A stretch of DNA of 54,648 bases from an uncultured Mycoplasmatota bacterium (GCA_946490195.1 CAMLWN010000002.1:1-54648), one strand, 5' to 3'. Positions 18,190-26,932 are shown, numbered from the stretch's first letter. Program-made: numbers and translations. Notes: generated from the sequence alone by a model not told the origin.

Positions 18190-18897
18190 TTAATGAACCA
18201 TACAACTTGTAAGTTCTAAAGGAACAATATACGTTTCCGTTTTATTTTCTTTAGTCAAAGCATGAATAGCCAAATAAAGATTACTTTCACTCAAATTCTT
18301 ACAACTAATTTCAAAAGAATCAATATGAAATTCAATTTGTTTTAAAAATTCATTCAAACTTTGTACTTTATCACTTTGAATAATTCCACTTTCTCCAATT
18401 TTTCTTTCAACATTTCCATCAGCTTCATATAACAAGCATTCAATCGAAACATATTCTTCATGAGTATTTTCTTCATCTAAATAAACAATATCCGAGATAA
18501 AAATTGAACTTTGTTCATCAGAATAAGCTGCGACACCTTTAATAGAAAAAGATTCATTTGAAGAAACAACATCAGAAAAAGAAAAACCTTGATTATTTTG
18601 AAAGAAAAAATAAAAAACAAGAACGATACAAACCAAAATTCCTAAACCAAGAAAAAGAAAAATTTTTTTATCTATCTCTTTTTTCTTTTTCTCTTCGCCA
18701 TTCAAAAGAGTTTCTAAATCCACATGAAAAAGTTCACTAATTTGTTTCAACATTTCAATATCCGGTATTCCTCTTCCATTTTCCCATTTAGAAACAGCTT
18801 GACTAGTTACCATTAACTTTTGAGCAAGTTCACTCTGTGTCATTCCATTTTTCTTACGCAAAGAACAAATAAACTGACCTATTTTCTGTGGATCCAT
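18190..18897 (-). CDS. XRE-family HTH regulator with a central TM segment and an extracytoplasmic C-terminal domain
   Basis: LRKKNGMTQSELAQKLMVTSQAVSKWENGRGIPDIEML is a canonical HTH_3 sequence. It is followed by a KKKK stretch and the hydrophobic segment IFLFLGLGILVCIVLVFYFFF. Confidence 0.85.
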   Translation of the reverse strand: MDPQKIGQFICSLRKKNGMTQSELAQKLMVTSQAVSKWENGRGIPDIEMLKQISELFHVDLETLLNGEEKKKKEIDKKIFLFLGLGILVCIVLVFYFFFQNNQGFSFSDVVSSNESFSIKGVAAYSDEQSSIFISDIVYLDEENTHEEYVSIECLLYEADGNVERKIGESGIIQSDKVQSLNEFLKQIEFHIDSFEISCKNLSESNLYLAIHALTKENKTETYIVPLELTSCMVH

Positions 18898-18917
18898 ACT
18901 TCACTTCCTTTCAAATT

Positions 18918-18972
18918 TACTGCGACATTACTGCGACATTACTGCGACACTACTGCGACATTACTGCGACAT
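18918..18972. repeat. Tandem array of five 11-bp units, TACTGCGACAY (ATGTCGCAGTA on the coding strand)
   Basis: Read directly from the sequence. Four units are identical and one has a single variant base (C). The array fills the 76-bp gap between the stop at 18974 and the start at 18897. Confidence 0.95.
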
Positions 18973-18973
18973 T

Positions 18974-20431
18974 TTATTTGATAACATATACTTTTTGTGG
19001 ATCTTTTATACTTGTTCCAATCCATGTAACTAAACCTAAATCTTGTAATTTTTTTAATTTTCTCTGAACTGTTTTTCGATCTCTATGAATAAGTTCAGCT
19101 AACTCAGAGGTAGTCATTCGTCCACGATCATGTATTGCTTGAATCATTTGTTGTTCCAGCAAATTCAAACCATCCCAACTTTTATTTAAATCATCATTTT
19201 TTAATAAAGTTTCATTTTTTCTTTTATTTCTCATTATAATATTATTTTTTAAAACCAATTTAACTGCTCTTCTTTGAGGTTCAGAATACTCAGGATCATC
19301 TAAAAAATAATCCTTCATTTCTTTATATATTCTTTTAACACCTTCATTTAATTCACGCACAATATTTAAGTCATATAACACTCTAGATATTTTAGGATTT
19401 CTAGAAAAACGTTCTGTCATCATAGTTTCTAAAGTAATAAGACCTGGCAATTTTCCTGGACTAATAATTTCCATCCGATCATCATATAACATAATCTTAA
19501 TATGCTCACCACTTATAGAATAATCACGATGTGTAACTGCGTTTACAAGTCCTTCCTTCCAAGCAAATTCAGGATACTCTGGAATAGAAACAAATTTTCC
19601 ATCTTCTCCTAAATGACTAAATTCTCTTAACTGCGTTTCAATAAACTTTTCTGTTTCTACAATAACTTTATAAAGTGGTAAAGCAAAAGTAACATCTTTA
19701 ATAATATTCATACCAGTACCAGTCAACAACATCGTACCATCAATTTTTATAACACGTACCCTAGCACTTGGTAAAAATAAAGACGGATCCTTAGCAAATA
19801 ACAAAACTGCAGCGTTTGTTAAATATTCCTTATCATGTTCTTTAACTAAAAATTTACGAGCTTTTAAAAGTTCCCTAGCTTCTAGATTTGTATGAATTTT
19901 TTTACGATATAAATCTAAAACTTCTTCATCCAAATCTTCTAAAGTCGCTCTCCTTACTAATTCATCTTCAAAAACAGATTCATTTCTTTCATATTCCAAA
20001 ATTTTAATTTGTTCCTTATCTGTAATTTTATTAGAAGAATCGCCTTGTCTTAAATAAACCTCTCCCTTTGCATTATAGATTACCTTATTTGTACTTGCAT
20101 AAACATGAAAAAGCAAAATAAAATCATCTAAAGCATCTATTTTTTCTATCATACAAACTGGAACAATTTTAAAATAAGAAGAAGAAAGTATTTTTTGAAA
20201 TTGATTATATTTATCACTATGAATATTTTTAAAACCACTAATAGTTCCATCATCTTCAATACCAACAGCAATTACTCCACCATTAGCATTTGCAAATGAA
20301 CAAATTGTATTTGCTAAATTTCTTAAATCTATTTTAGCACTTTTTCTATCAAAAAAAGAATCTTCTACATGATTTTGTAAATAATCTAAAGTCAATCTTT
20401 TATCAATTTTTGAAACCAATTTGTTCACCAA
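18974..20431 (-). CDS. AlbA_2 (Schlafen-type) + HATPase_c_4 + C-terminal winged-helix protein (COG2865-like putative regulator)
   Basis: ICSFANANGGVIAVGIEDDGTISGF (AlbA_2), NAVTHRDYSISGEHIKIMLYDDRMEIISPGKLPG (HATPase_c_4), and a C-terminal wHTH (MTTSELAELIHRDRKTVQRKLKKLQDLGLV). The start is TTG or GTG with only a weak RBS. Confidence 0.75.
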   Translation of the reverse strand: MVNKLVSKIDKRLTLDYLQNHVEDSFFDRKSAKIDLRNLANTICSFANANGGVIAVGIEDDGTISGFKNIHSDKYNQFQKILSSSYFKIVPVCMIEKIDALDDFILLFHVYASTNKVIYNAKGEVYLRQGDSSNKITDKEQIKILEYERNESVFEDELVRRATLEDLDEEVLDLYRKKIHTNLEARELLKARKFLVKEHDKEYLTNAAVLLFAKDPSLFLPSARVRVIKIDGTMLLTGTGMNIIKDVTFALPLYKVIVETEKFIETQLREFSHLGEDGKFVSIPEYPEFAWKEGLVNAVTHRDYSISGEHIKIMLYDDRMEIISPGKLPGLITLETMMTERFSRNPKISRVLYDLNIVRELNEGVKRIYKEMKDYFLDDPEYSEPQRRAVKLVLKNNIIMRNKRKNETLLKNDDLNKSWDGLNLLEQQMIQAIHDRGRMTTSELAELIHRDRKTVQRKLKKLQDLGLVTWIGTSIKDPQKVYVIK

Positions 20432-20498
20432 CTTTCTAAAAACATTAAATCTATTATACTAAAATTTAAAACAAGAAACAAGCAAACTAAAAATCTAC

Positions 20499-20578
20499 TA
20501 AGGCAATCGCATAAAAAATAATTTGTAAAAAATGGTACAATATATTTTTTACAAATTATTTTTTATGCGATTGCCTTA
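20499..20578. repeat. Perfect inverted repeat with 34-bp arms and a 12-nt loop
   Basis: TAAGGCAATCGCATAAAAAATAATTTGTAAAAAA - tggtacaatata - exact reverse complement. Confidence 0.95.
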
Positions 20579-20765
20579 CAAACACTACGTGGTATTTGCA
20601 ATTCCACTTCGTGTGTGCTAAACTATTTACGTCCACTTAGGACACCTCCTTTGATTTTTAGTGCATTCGATAAACAGCATCTATTCTATCAAAGGAGGTT
20701 TTTCTTTGCAACGCTAAAGCTTTTTAGAACCCCCAGTTTTACTGGGGGTTTTCGTTACACAATAA
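20579..20765 (-). mobile_element. tnpA: IS200-type (IS200/IS605 family) left-end remnant carrying only the first ~19 codons of tnpA
   Basis: Minus strand reads AAAGGAGGTG-6 nt-GTG DVNSLAHTKWNCKYHVVF, matching the conserved Y1-transposase N-terminus (SLAHTxWNCKYHIVF). Upstream lie a GC hairpin (AACCCCCAG/CTGGGGGTT) and an 11-bp stem (CCTCCTTTGAT/ATCAAAGGAGG) that can occlude the SD, as described for IS200. The outer boundary is approximate. Confidence 0.7.
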
Positions 20766-21157
20766 GGTTCATGATAAAGATTTTGATAAATTTCCAAAGC
20801 CCTTTGTACTCCAGCATCAGTTATTACAATCGACTTACTTTTATAACTATTAAAAACATATCCTCGTTCATCTAAAATTTTTAAAACACCATAAGAACAA
20901 TCTTTCCAAGTTCTTCGAAATTTCTTTTTAACAAACTTTTCATTATCATCATAATCAAAACCAGCATTTTTTTCAATCTTTTCAGCAACAGATTGCAAAA
21001 CAGCATAATTTTTTTCAAAGTAACTCAAAATATTTTCCTTTTGTTGAATCAAATCTTCTAAAACCAATTTATAACATTCTTTATTTTCATTTTCATATAA
21101 CTTTTGAACTTTTAAAATTTGTTCCCATATATCAAATAGTTTATAAACATTCTCCAT
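20714..21157 (-). CDS. hypothetical small protein with a possible C-terminal winged helix; the last ~15 codons are read from the IS200 remnant
   Basis: RBS GGGGGAA and a TATAAT promoter. The segment LKILDERGYVFNSYKSKSIVITDAGVQRALEIY looks wHTH-like. The tail VTKTPSKTGGSKKL is encoded by the IS hairpin. Confidence 0.5.
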   Translation of the reverse strand: MENVYKLFDIWEQILKVQKLYENENKECYKLVLEDLIQQKENILSYFEKNYAVLQSVAEKIEKNAGFDYDDNEKFVKKKFRRTWKDCSYGVLKILDERGYVFNSYKSKSIVITDAGVQRALEIYQNLYHEPYCVTKTPSKTGGSKKL

Positions 21158-21208
21158 AGTATTCCCCCGAATAATTCTATTATAAAAGTGAACAAATCAA
21201 AAAACAAG

Positions 21209-21233
21209 AAAAAAATTCTTACAAAAGTAAGAA
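21209..21233 (-). terminator. Intrinsic terminator after the 480-aa secreted protein gene
   Basis: TTCTTAC-aaaa-GTAAGAA followed by a T-run on the minus strand. Confidence 0.5.
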
Positions 21234-21244
21234 CTTTATTAAAA

Positions 21245-22687
21245 TTATAAACTCAATTGATAAGGATTACCTTGAGACCCATCTCCTCCACTTATTTTAA
21301 CATTAGAGGATAGATATAAGGCGGGGGAAACAGCGTTCCTGATGGACACATTGTTGGGGTAGACACGGCCACGACTGTACACAATGAACACGTAGTTCGA
21401 AGCACTGGAACTGGGAGTTAAGGTCCATTGAGAATCTGAACTTTCATGTAACCAGTCGTTATTTTTACAATCACTTACACCTGCACCATCCCAGTAGTAC
21501 AACTCAGTATTTAAGCATGTCTCTCTATCTGTACTACTTTCTCCACTTGTTGCATAGCCATAATCACTTGGATACATTAATCCTATTTTCCCTATCCACT
21601 CCGTTGGTCTATTAGTACATACATCTGTGCCTCTTTCTCTTTCATAAAACATACTTGCTGTTGCATCAGTATATGTACTACTTCCTCCTAGATTCCATTT
21701 AGCATTACTTATCATAGACTTTGCTTCTTCTGTTAAGCCATTATTCGTAAAATCACAACTTGTTGTTGCTCCATCTTCTCCATATGGACATTCTCCACTT
21801 GTTCGATTCCAATATGCTCCTTCATTTAATACAATTTGTAAAGCTGAATCACTCCAATCATTACTTCCATATGATGAAGTAGATGATCCTGTTCCACTTG
21901 CTTTATTATCCCAACTATATTCTCCTATAGGTTCATTTCTTATGATTTTTAATCTAGTCTCTTTATTTCCTGTTCCATCATCTATATTATTAAATACTCC
22001 TATGATTCTCCATAATTCATTATTAAATAAAACGTAGTTATTTGGATTAGACCCTATATATCTTAAGTTGTTATCTACTGTGCCATCATAAGCCAATTCT
22101 TCTGTTTCTCCTTTAGCTAATATTACATCTGTTGCTTTTGGAAATACACATTCCCCTAATTCTCCTATAATGGTTCCACTAAAACTTTTTCCCATATCTG
22201 CTGTCTGGTCTTCATCTGTATTTTGATAAGTTACAGTTAAAGTAAATGTATCTGTTGTACTAGATTCAATTCTTGTTCCTTCTAATAACATCGTAGTTCC
22301 ACTAGTGGTTGCAGGAAATTGAGCATCTTCTACAAGTACTGTTCCATCACTTTTTTCAAGTTTTACTCGTAAATCTTTTTGATTTACAAATGTATTCGTT
22401 GTATTATTCCATAATAAATTATAACATACATCTATGTTATTTGGATTTTGAACAGTAAAAGTATACGTAACACTATCTCCTGGTATCATATTGCTACTTA
22501 CGACATTCGCCGATTCACTGATAATCAAATTTTGTAATGTATTCGTTTGACCTTGGGACTGATTATTCTCTGTATTTCCTGTTCCTTCTACCCTTGATGT
22601 AAAATAAGAATACGTTCCTTGATAGGTCAAAGAAATCATAATGACTAAAGCTGATATGATAACTACAAACATTCTTTTTTGTTTCAT
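21245..22687 (-). CDS. secreted protein with a TasA/camelysin-type (SipW-type) signal peptide and a DUF6273-like C-terminal domain
   Basis: The N-terminus ...ISLTYQGTYSYFTS resembles the GT(F/Y)AYF(S/T)D signal motif. The C-terminal WTLTPSS...AVSPALYL resembles the WWLRSP...VRPAL pattern. Both calls are from memory. Confidence 0.6.
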   Translation of the reverse strand: MKQKRMFVVIISALVIMISLTYQGTYSYFTSRVEGTGNTENNQSQGQTNTLQNLIISESANVVSSNMIPGDSVTYTFTVQNPNNIDVCYNLLWNNTTNTFVNQKDLRVKLEKSDGTVLVEDAQFPATTSGTTMLLEGTRIESSTTDTFTLTVTYQNTDEDQTADMGKSFSGTIIGELGECVFPKATDVILAKGETEELAYDGTVDNNLRYIGSNPNNYVLFNNELWRIIGVFNNIDDGTGNKETRLKIIRNEPIGEYSWDNKASGTGSSTSSYGSNDWSDSALQIVLNEGAYWNRTSGECPYGEDGATTSCDFTNNGLTEEAKSMISNAKWNLGGSSTYTDATASMFYERERGTDVCTNRPTEWIGKIGLMYPSDYGYATSGESSTDRETCLNTELYYWDGAGVSDCKNNDWLHESSDSQWTLTPSSSASNYVFIVYSRGRVYPNNVSIRNAVSPALYLSSNVKISGGDGSQGNPYQLSL

Positions 22688-22753
22688 CTTTTATCCTCGC
22701 TATTCTATAAACATTATAAAAGAAATTCCAAAATATTTCAACGTAAAAAAAAC

Positions 22754-25087
22754 TTAGGATAAAATCTCTAAGCCATTTTTTGCAATATGTTCCATAAATT
22801 TTTCTTTAAATTTATCAATTTCTTTTGTTTCTAAAGTTTTTTCTTCACTACCTAAAACATATCTCATTGTATATTTTTTAACTTCTTTATCTTCATAAGT
22901 TCCAACTAATCGATATTCTTTAATATATTTATTATTAAAAGGTTTTAAAACTTTCAAAAGCTCTTCATATTTAAAATCTTTACTTGTTAAAATCGTATAA
23001 TCTAAAGTAACATTTGGATACTTACTAACATTTTCATAAAGAATTTCTTGTGGGTCTAAAGATACATACATGTCAAAATCAATATCAATAGCAACAAGAG
23101 CTTTTTTCTTACCAATATATCTAGTACATTCCCCATTAAAAACATGAACATAACCTAAAACATTTTTATGAATAAGAATTTCATTACTTAAATTCTCATC
23201 ATAATAATCAAACATTCTTCCTTTTTTAAAATCCACTTTTATATGTTTCAAAGATTTAAATAAAGAAACCACAATTTTCTTAGCTTCATAATAAAGATTC
23301 ATCATCTTACTTTCATCATCCGCTAAAAGAATGGATAAACGTCTTTTATTTTGATTATCAACAATAACTGTTCCTATTTCAAAAATACCTAACTTATCCA
23401 CATTTTTTAAATTATTTTTAACAATAGGTAACAAACTCAAAGATAAATCATCACGAAGAAGATTATTTTCATTTTTACCAAGTAAAGTAACACCACTTTT
23501 TTCTAAATGACAAGTTTTTAACAAAGAAGTTTCATACCACAAATAAGAATGAACTTCACGTAGAGAATAACGAGTTGCCAAATATCTTTTCACATCATAT
23601 TCTTTATTCCAAACCGTATCTTCTTCTTTTCCTGTTAATTCAAGTTTTAAAGGAATTTCTTTAATATTTTCATACCCATAAAGTCGAACAATTTCCTCAA
23701 TGATATCTGCATCCATAGAAACATCCTTCGTAGCTCTGAATGTTGGAACAATGACTTCATAAGCATCTTCTAAAACCTTGACTTTAAAATCTAAAGACTT
23801 CAAAGATTTTACAACTTCATCATCAGAAAAATCGATAGCCGTATAAGCTTTTAATTTATCTTTTTTTAAGATAACCGTTTTTTCTTTCAAAGGTTCAGGA
23901 TATACATCTGTTAAATTAGAAGCAATAACCATATTAGGATTTTCATTCTTTAAAAGATAAGCAAGTCTTTTAAGGGCTACATCACACATATTTGGATCTA
24001 AACTTTTCTCATAACGAGCACTTGCTTCAGTTCGTAGTCCTAATCTTACCGCACTTTTTCTTATATTCCCAGCATCAAAACACGCCGATTCAAGAAAAAC
24101 ACTTGTTGTATCAGGTAAAATTTCACTATCAAGTCCACCCATAACTCCAGCAATACCAAAATAAGCATCACCATTGGTAATCATTAAAGTATCCTTAGAA
24201 AGTAGTCTTTCTACACCATCTAAAGTAGTATAAGTATCTTTTTCTTTAGCAAGCTTCACATCAATATTTTTTACAACTCGTGCATCAAAAGCATGCATAG
24301 GTTGACCAAGTTCTAACATCAAAAAGTTCGTTAAATCAACAAATAAATTAATAGAACGCATACCTGCATAATGCAAGAAAATTTGCATTTCAAGTGGCGT
24401 TTTATTATTTTGTAAATTCTCAATTTTTAAGCCACAATATCTCTTACATAACTCTTGATTAGAAACCTTAATATCTAAATCTTTTTGATTATTTGGAATA
24501 TCCAATAAATCTAATGGAAGTAACTCATGATCTGTAATTGCACAAACCTCACGAGCGATTCCATAATGTCCCCACAAATCTGGACGATTCGTTAAACTCT
24601 TATTATCAATTTCGACAATAATATCTTCTACGGGATACAATTTTTTAAAATCCACACCAATTGGAGTATCACTAGGAAGTTCCAAAATTCCTTCATGATC
24701 CGTACCAATTCCTAATTCATCTACTGCACACATCATACCTTCAGATGGGTATCCAGCAAGTTTACGAGTCTTAATTTTAAACCCACTTACCATTCCTCCA
24801 TCACGTACCAAAGCACCAATAAGCCCGACACGTACATTAGGCGCTCCACAAACAATATTGTATTCTTTTTCTCCATCACTTACCTTTAACAAAGACAATT
24901 TATCACTTTCCGGATGCTTTTCACAAGAAACAATTTTAGCCGTGACAACATTATCCATATCATTACCTTTGACTGTAACACCTTCTACTTCAGCAACCCG
25001 TAAAGTAAAATCATCCCAAATATGTAAAAAGTCTATATCTTGAGCATTTTTAATATATTTTTTTAAACGATTACATGAAATTAACAT
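22754..25087 (-). CDS. pheT: phenylalanine--tRNA ligase beta subunit
   Basis: 777 aa with an N-terminal tRNA-binding domain and B3/4 and B5 regions. Immediately downstream of pheS. Confidence 0.93.
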   Translation of the reverse strand: MLISCNRLKKYIKNAQDIDFLHIWDDFTLRVAEVEGVTVKGNDMDNVVTAKIVSCEKHPESDKLSLLKVSDGEKEYNIVCGAPNVRVGLIGALVRDGGMVSGFKIKTRKLAGYPSEGMMCAVDELGIGTDHEGILELPSDTPIGVDFKKLYPVEDIIVEIDNKSLTNRPDLWGHYGIAREVCAITDHELLPLDLLDIPNNQKDLDIKVSNQELCKRYCGLKIENLQNNKTPLEMQIFLHYAGMRSINLFVDLTNFLMLELGQPMHAFDARVVKNIDVKLAKEKDTYTTLDGVERLLSKDTLMITNGDAYFGIAGVMGGLDSEILPDTTSVFLESACFDAGNIRKSAVRLGLRTEASARYEKSLDPNMCDVALKRLAYLLKNENPNMVIASNLTDVYPEPLKEKTVILKKDKLKAYTAIDFSDDEVVKSLKSLDFKVKVLEDAYEVIVPTFRATKDVSMDADIIEEIVRLYGYENIKEIPLKLELTGKEEDTVWNKEYDVKRYLATRYSLREVHSYLWYETSLLKTCHLEKSGVTLLGKNENNLLRDDLSLSLLPIVKNNLKNVDKLGIFEIGTVIVDNQNKRRLSILLADDESKMMNLYYEAKKIVVSLFKSLKHIKVDFKKGRMFDYYDENLSNEILIHKNVLGYVHVFNGECTRYIGKKKALVAIDIDFDMYVSLDPQEILYENVSKYPNVTLDYTILTSKDFKYEELLKVLKPFNNKYIKEYRLVGTYEDKEVKKYTMRYVLGSEEKTLETKEIDKFKEKFMEHIAKNGLEILS

Positions 25088-25098
25088 ACCAAAACCTC

Positions 25099-26106
25099 CT
25101 ATTCAATCTCAAATTCCTGTAAAGACCGAACATCTCCACTATTTAAAACTCGAATATCCCCAATTTTATACTTCATCATCGCAATACGTGTCACGCCAAA
25201 ACCAAAAGCAAAACCAGTATATTCATCTGGATCAATTCCACTTTCTCTTAAAACATTTGGATGAATCATTCCACAACCACAGAATTCAAGCCATCCAGAA
25301 TTTTTACAAGTTGGACAACCTTTTCCACCACAAATTAAACAAGAACAATCTAATTCAAAACTAGGTTCTGTAAATGGAAAGAATCCTGGCCGTAAGCGAA
25401 CCTTTACTTCCTTTTTAAAAGTTTCAGAAAGTAAACTACGCATAACATAAATCAAATTAGAAATCGAAATACCTTTATCAATAACCATTCCTTCTAATTG
25501 AAAAAAAGTTGTATCATGATTTGCGTCCATATCCTCATTTCGAAAAACTCTTCCAGGTGCACAAACCTTTAAAGGTGCACCATACTTTTGCATTGCCCGA
25601 ACTTGATTAGGAGATGTATGTGTCCTCAAAAGCTTACCATTACTTAAATAATACGTATCTTGCATATCACGAGCCGGATGATCCTTAGGAATATTTAAAG
25701 CTTCAAAATTATAATACTCTTCTTCCATCTCTGGTCCACTAACTACAGTAAAACCCATTTTTTTCATAATATCCGTCATCTCTTTAATAACTAAAGTAAT
25801 CGGATGCATTGAACCAGTTTCTACATAAATTGGTAAGGTTTCATCAAAATCATAAGAAACTTGATTGTTAATTTCTTCCAATTTTTGACTAAAAGCCTCT
25901 TCAAGTTCTTTTTTGGTTTGATTAAGTAAAGGTCCCATAACCTTCTTCTCATCAACAGAAAGCTCTTTTAAAGAACTTAAAAACTCATTCAATTCACTTT
26001 TCTTACCTAAATATTTAGCTTTACAATTTAACACATCTGCTTCTTTAGAAAGTTTTTTTACTTCTTCTAAAGCATTTTCTTTTAACTTTAAAACTTTTTC
26101 TTTCAT
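25099..26106 (-). CDS. pheS: phenylalanine--tRNA ligase alpha subunit
   Basis: Class II motifs such as HPARDMQDTYY and FRNE...FFQLEG. Confidence 0.95.
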   Translation of the reverse strand: MKEKVLKLKENALEEVKKLSKEADVLNCKAKYLGKKSELNEFLSSLKELSVDEKKVMGPLLNQTKKELEEAFSQKLEEINNQVSYDFDETLPIYVETGSMHPITLVIKEMTDIMKKMGFTVVSGPEMEEEYYNFEALNIPKDHPARDMQDTYYLSNGKLLRTHTSPNQVRAMQKYGAPLKVCAPGRVFRNEDMDANHDTTFFQLEGMVIDKGISISNLIYVMRSLLSETFKKEVKVRLRPGFFPFTEPSFELDCSCLICGGKGCPTCKNSGWLEFCGCGMIHPNVLRESGIDPDEYTGFAFGFGVTRIAMMKYKIGDIRVLNSGDVRSLQEFEIE

Positions 26107-26125
26107 CGTTTCACCTTCCTACAAT

Positions 26126-26339
26126 AAAAAAACTTCTAGAACATTGGGACGAAAAAATCCGTGGTACCACCCAATTTCTAGAAGATATCTAGCACTCTAA
26201 ATCTTTAACGCAGATTTACGATTAAAACTCCAGTATCGAAATTCATTTATTTTTTCTTCTTAAAAGTACTCTCAGCTTATAATACTTTCTCTCTACAAAG
26301 GAACAAAATAAACTACTTATATACCTTCCTCGTTTACAT
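26126..26339 (-). promoter_or_regulatory. T-box leader (Phe, UUC specifier) with terminator/antiterminator, controlling pheST
   Basis: The minus strand contains AGAGAG, GCTGAGAG and GAATTCG (the UUC specifier candidate). It also has the T-box sequence AATTGGGTGGTACCACGGA (26158-26177) and the terminator CTTCTAGAA...TTCTAGAAG plus T7. Promoter TTGCTT-17-TAAAAT lies at 26346-26374. Confidence 0.85.
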
Positions 26340-26377
26340 AAATGTATTTTAACACTTTCTTTTTTACTAAGCAAGCC

Positions 26378-26932
26378 CTATTCTGTAACTTCTGGAGTTT
26401 CTGAAGTATCGATAACCTCCATTAATTTTACACTAACAAGTTGATAATTATCATCTTTTTTCTCAAAAACATATTCATAAGTAGTTCCATTATCTAAAGA
26501 TGCATCAATAGTTGCGTTATCATAAGGACCTACTAATGTATCATCTATCTTATAAAGATTATTTTCTACCCTTTTTAATACATTAACATGAAGAACAACT
26601 CCAACATCATTGTAAGTATAACCAATCATTTTTGAATAATAATTATCTGTATGACAAGCATTAGTGTCAGCCAAATTATCAATAGTAACGGTCTCTCCAA
26701 CACCTAAATCCCAAACTAAAGCTCCACTACACTCACTTGTTAAAGTAGAATACATATCCTCAGCTTGATCAGGTGCTACCTCTTCTATTGGATGATTATC
26801 TAAAATTGAATCATCTGGATCTTCATTCTTAGGCTTAGCAAATAATAAAATTCCTCCTCCAATAATAACGACTAATAAAAGAAATATTCCCACAAACAAC
26901 ACTTGTTTTTGCTTCTTACTTAATTGTTTCAT
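26378..26932 (-). CDS. membrane-anchored hypothetical protein, 184 aa
   Basis: The start was moved to MKQLSKKQK (RBS GAGGGA), because the longer track ORF overlaps rubrerythrin and its terminator. One N-terminal TM segment. Confidence 0.55.
   Translation of the reverse strand: MKQLSKKQKQVLFVGIFLLLVVIIGGGILLFAKPKNEDPDDSILDNHPIEEVAPDQAEDMYSTLTSECSGALVWDLGVGETVTIDNLADTNACHTDNYYSKMIGYTYNDVGVVLHVNVLKRVENNLYKIDDTLVGPYDNATIDASLDNGTTYEYVFEKKDDNYQLVSVKLMEVIDTSETPEVTE

Noticed and set aside
18558-18740. This entry covers ORF 18558-18740 (+). It also covers similar antisense ORFs at 24858-25043, 27026-27307, 30399-30617, 31298-31492, 34020-34226, 34576-34809, 35463-35978 and 39926-40177.
   Set aside because: Each is embedded antisense in a confidently called gene. 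I treat them as six-frame noise typical of AT-rich DNA.
18918-18972. The 11-bp tandem array (and the GTTGCYGAAAA 11-mers at 806-838 and 2907-2928) considered as a CRISPR array or as translated mini-ORFs (ATG TCG CAG TAA).
   Set aside because: The units are contiguous with no spacers and are far too short for CRISPR repeats. The mini-ORFs have no RBS and shift frame at each unit.
20615-20875. 86-aa plus-strand ORF across the IS200 remnant.
   Set aside because: The region is explained by the minus-strand IS200 left end (SD, tnpA start, hairpins) and the 3' end of the 147-aa gene. The plus-strand product has no start context.
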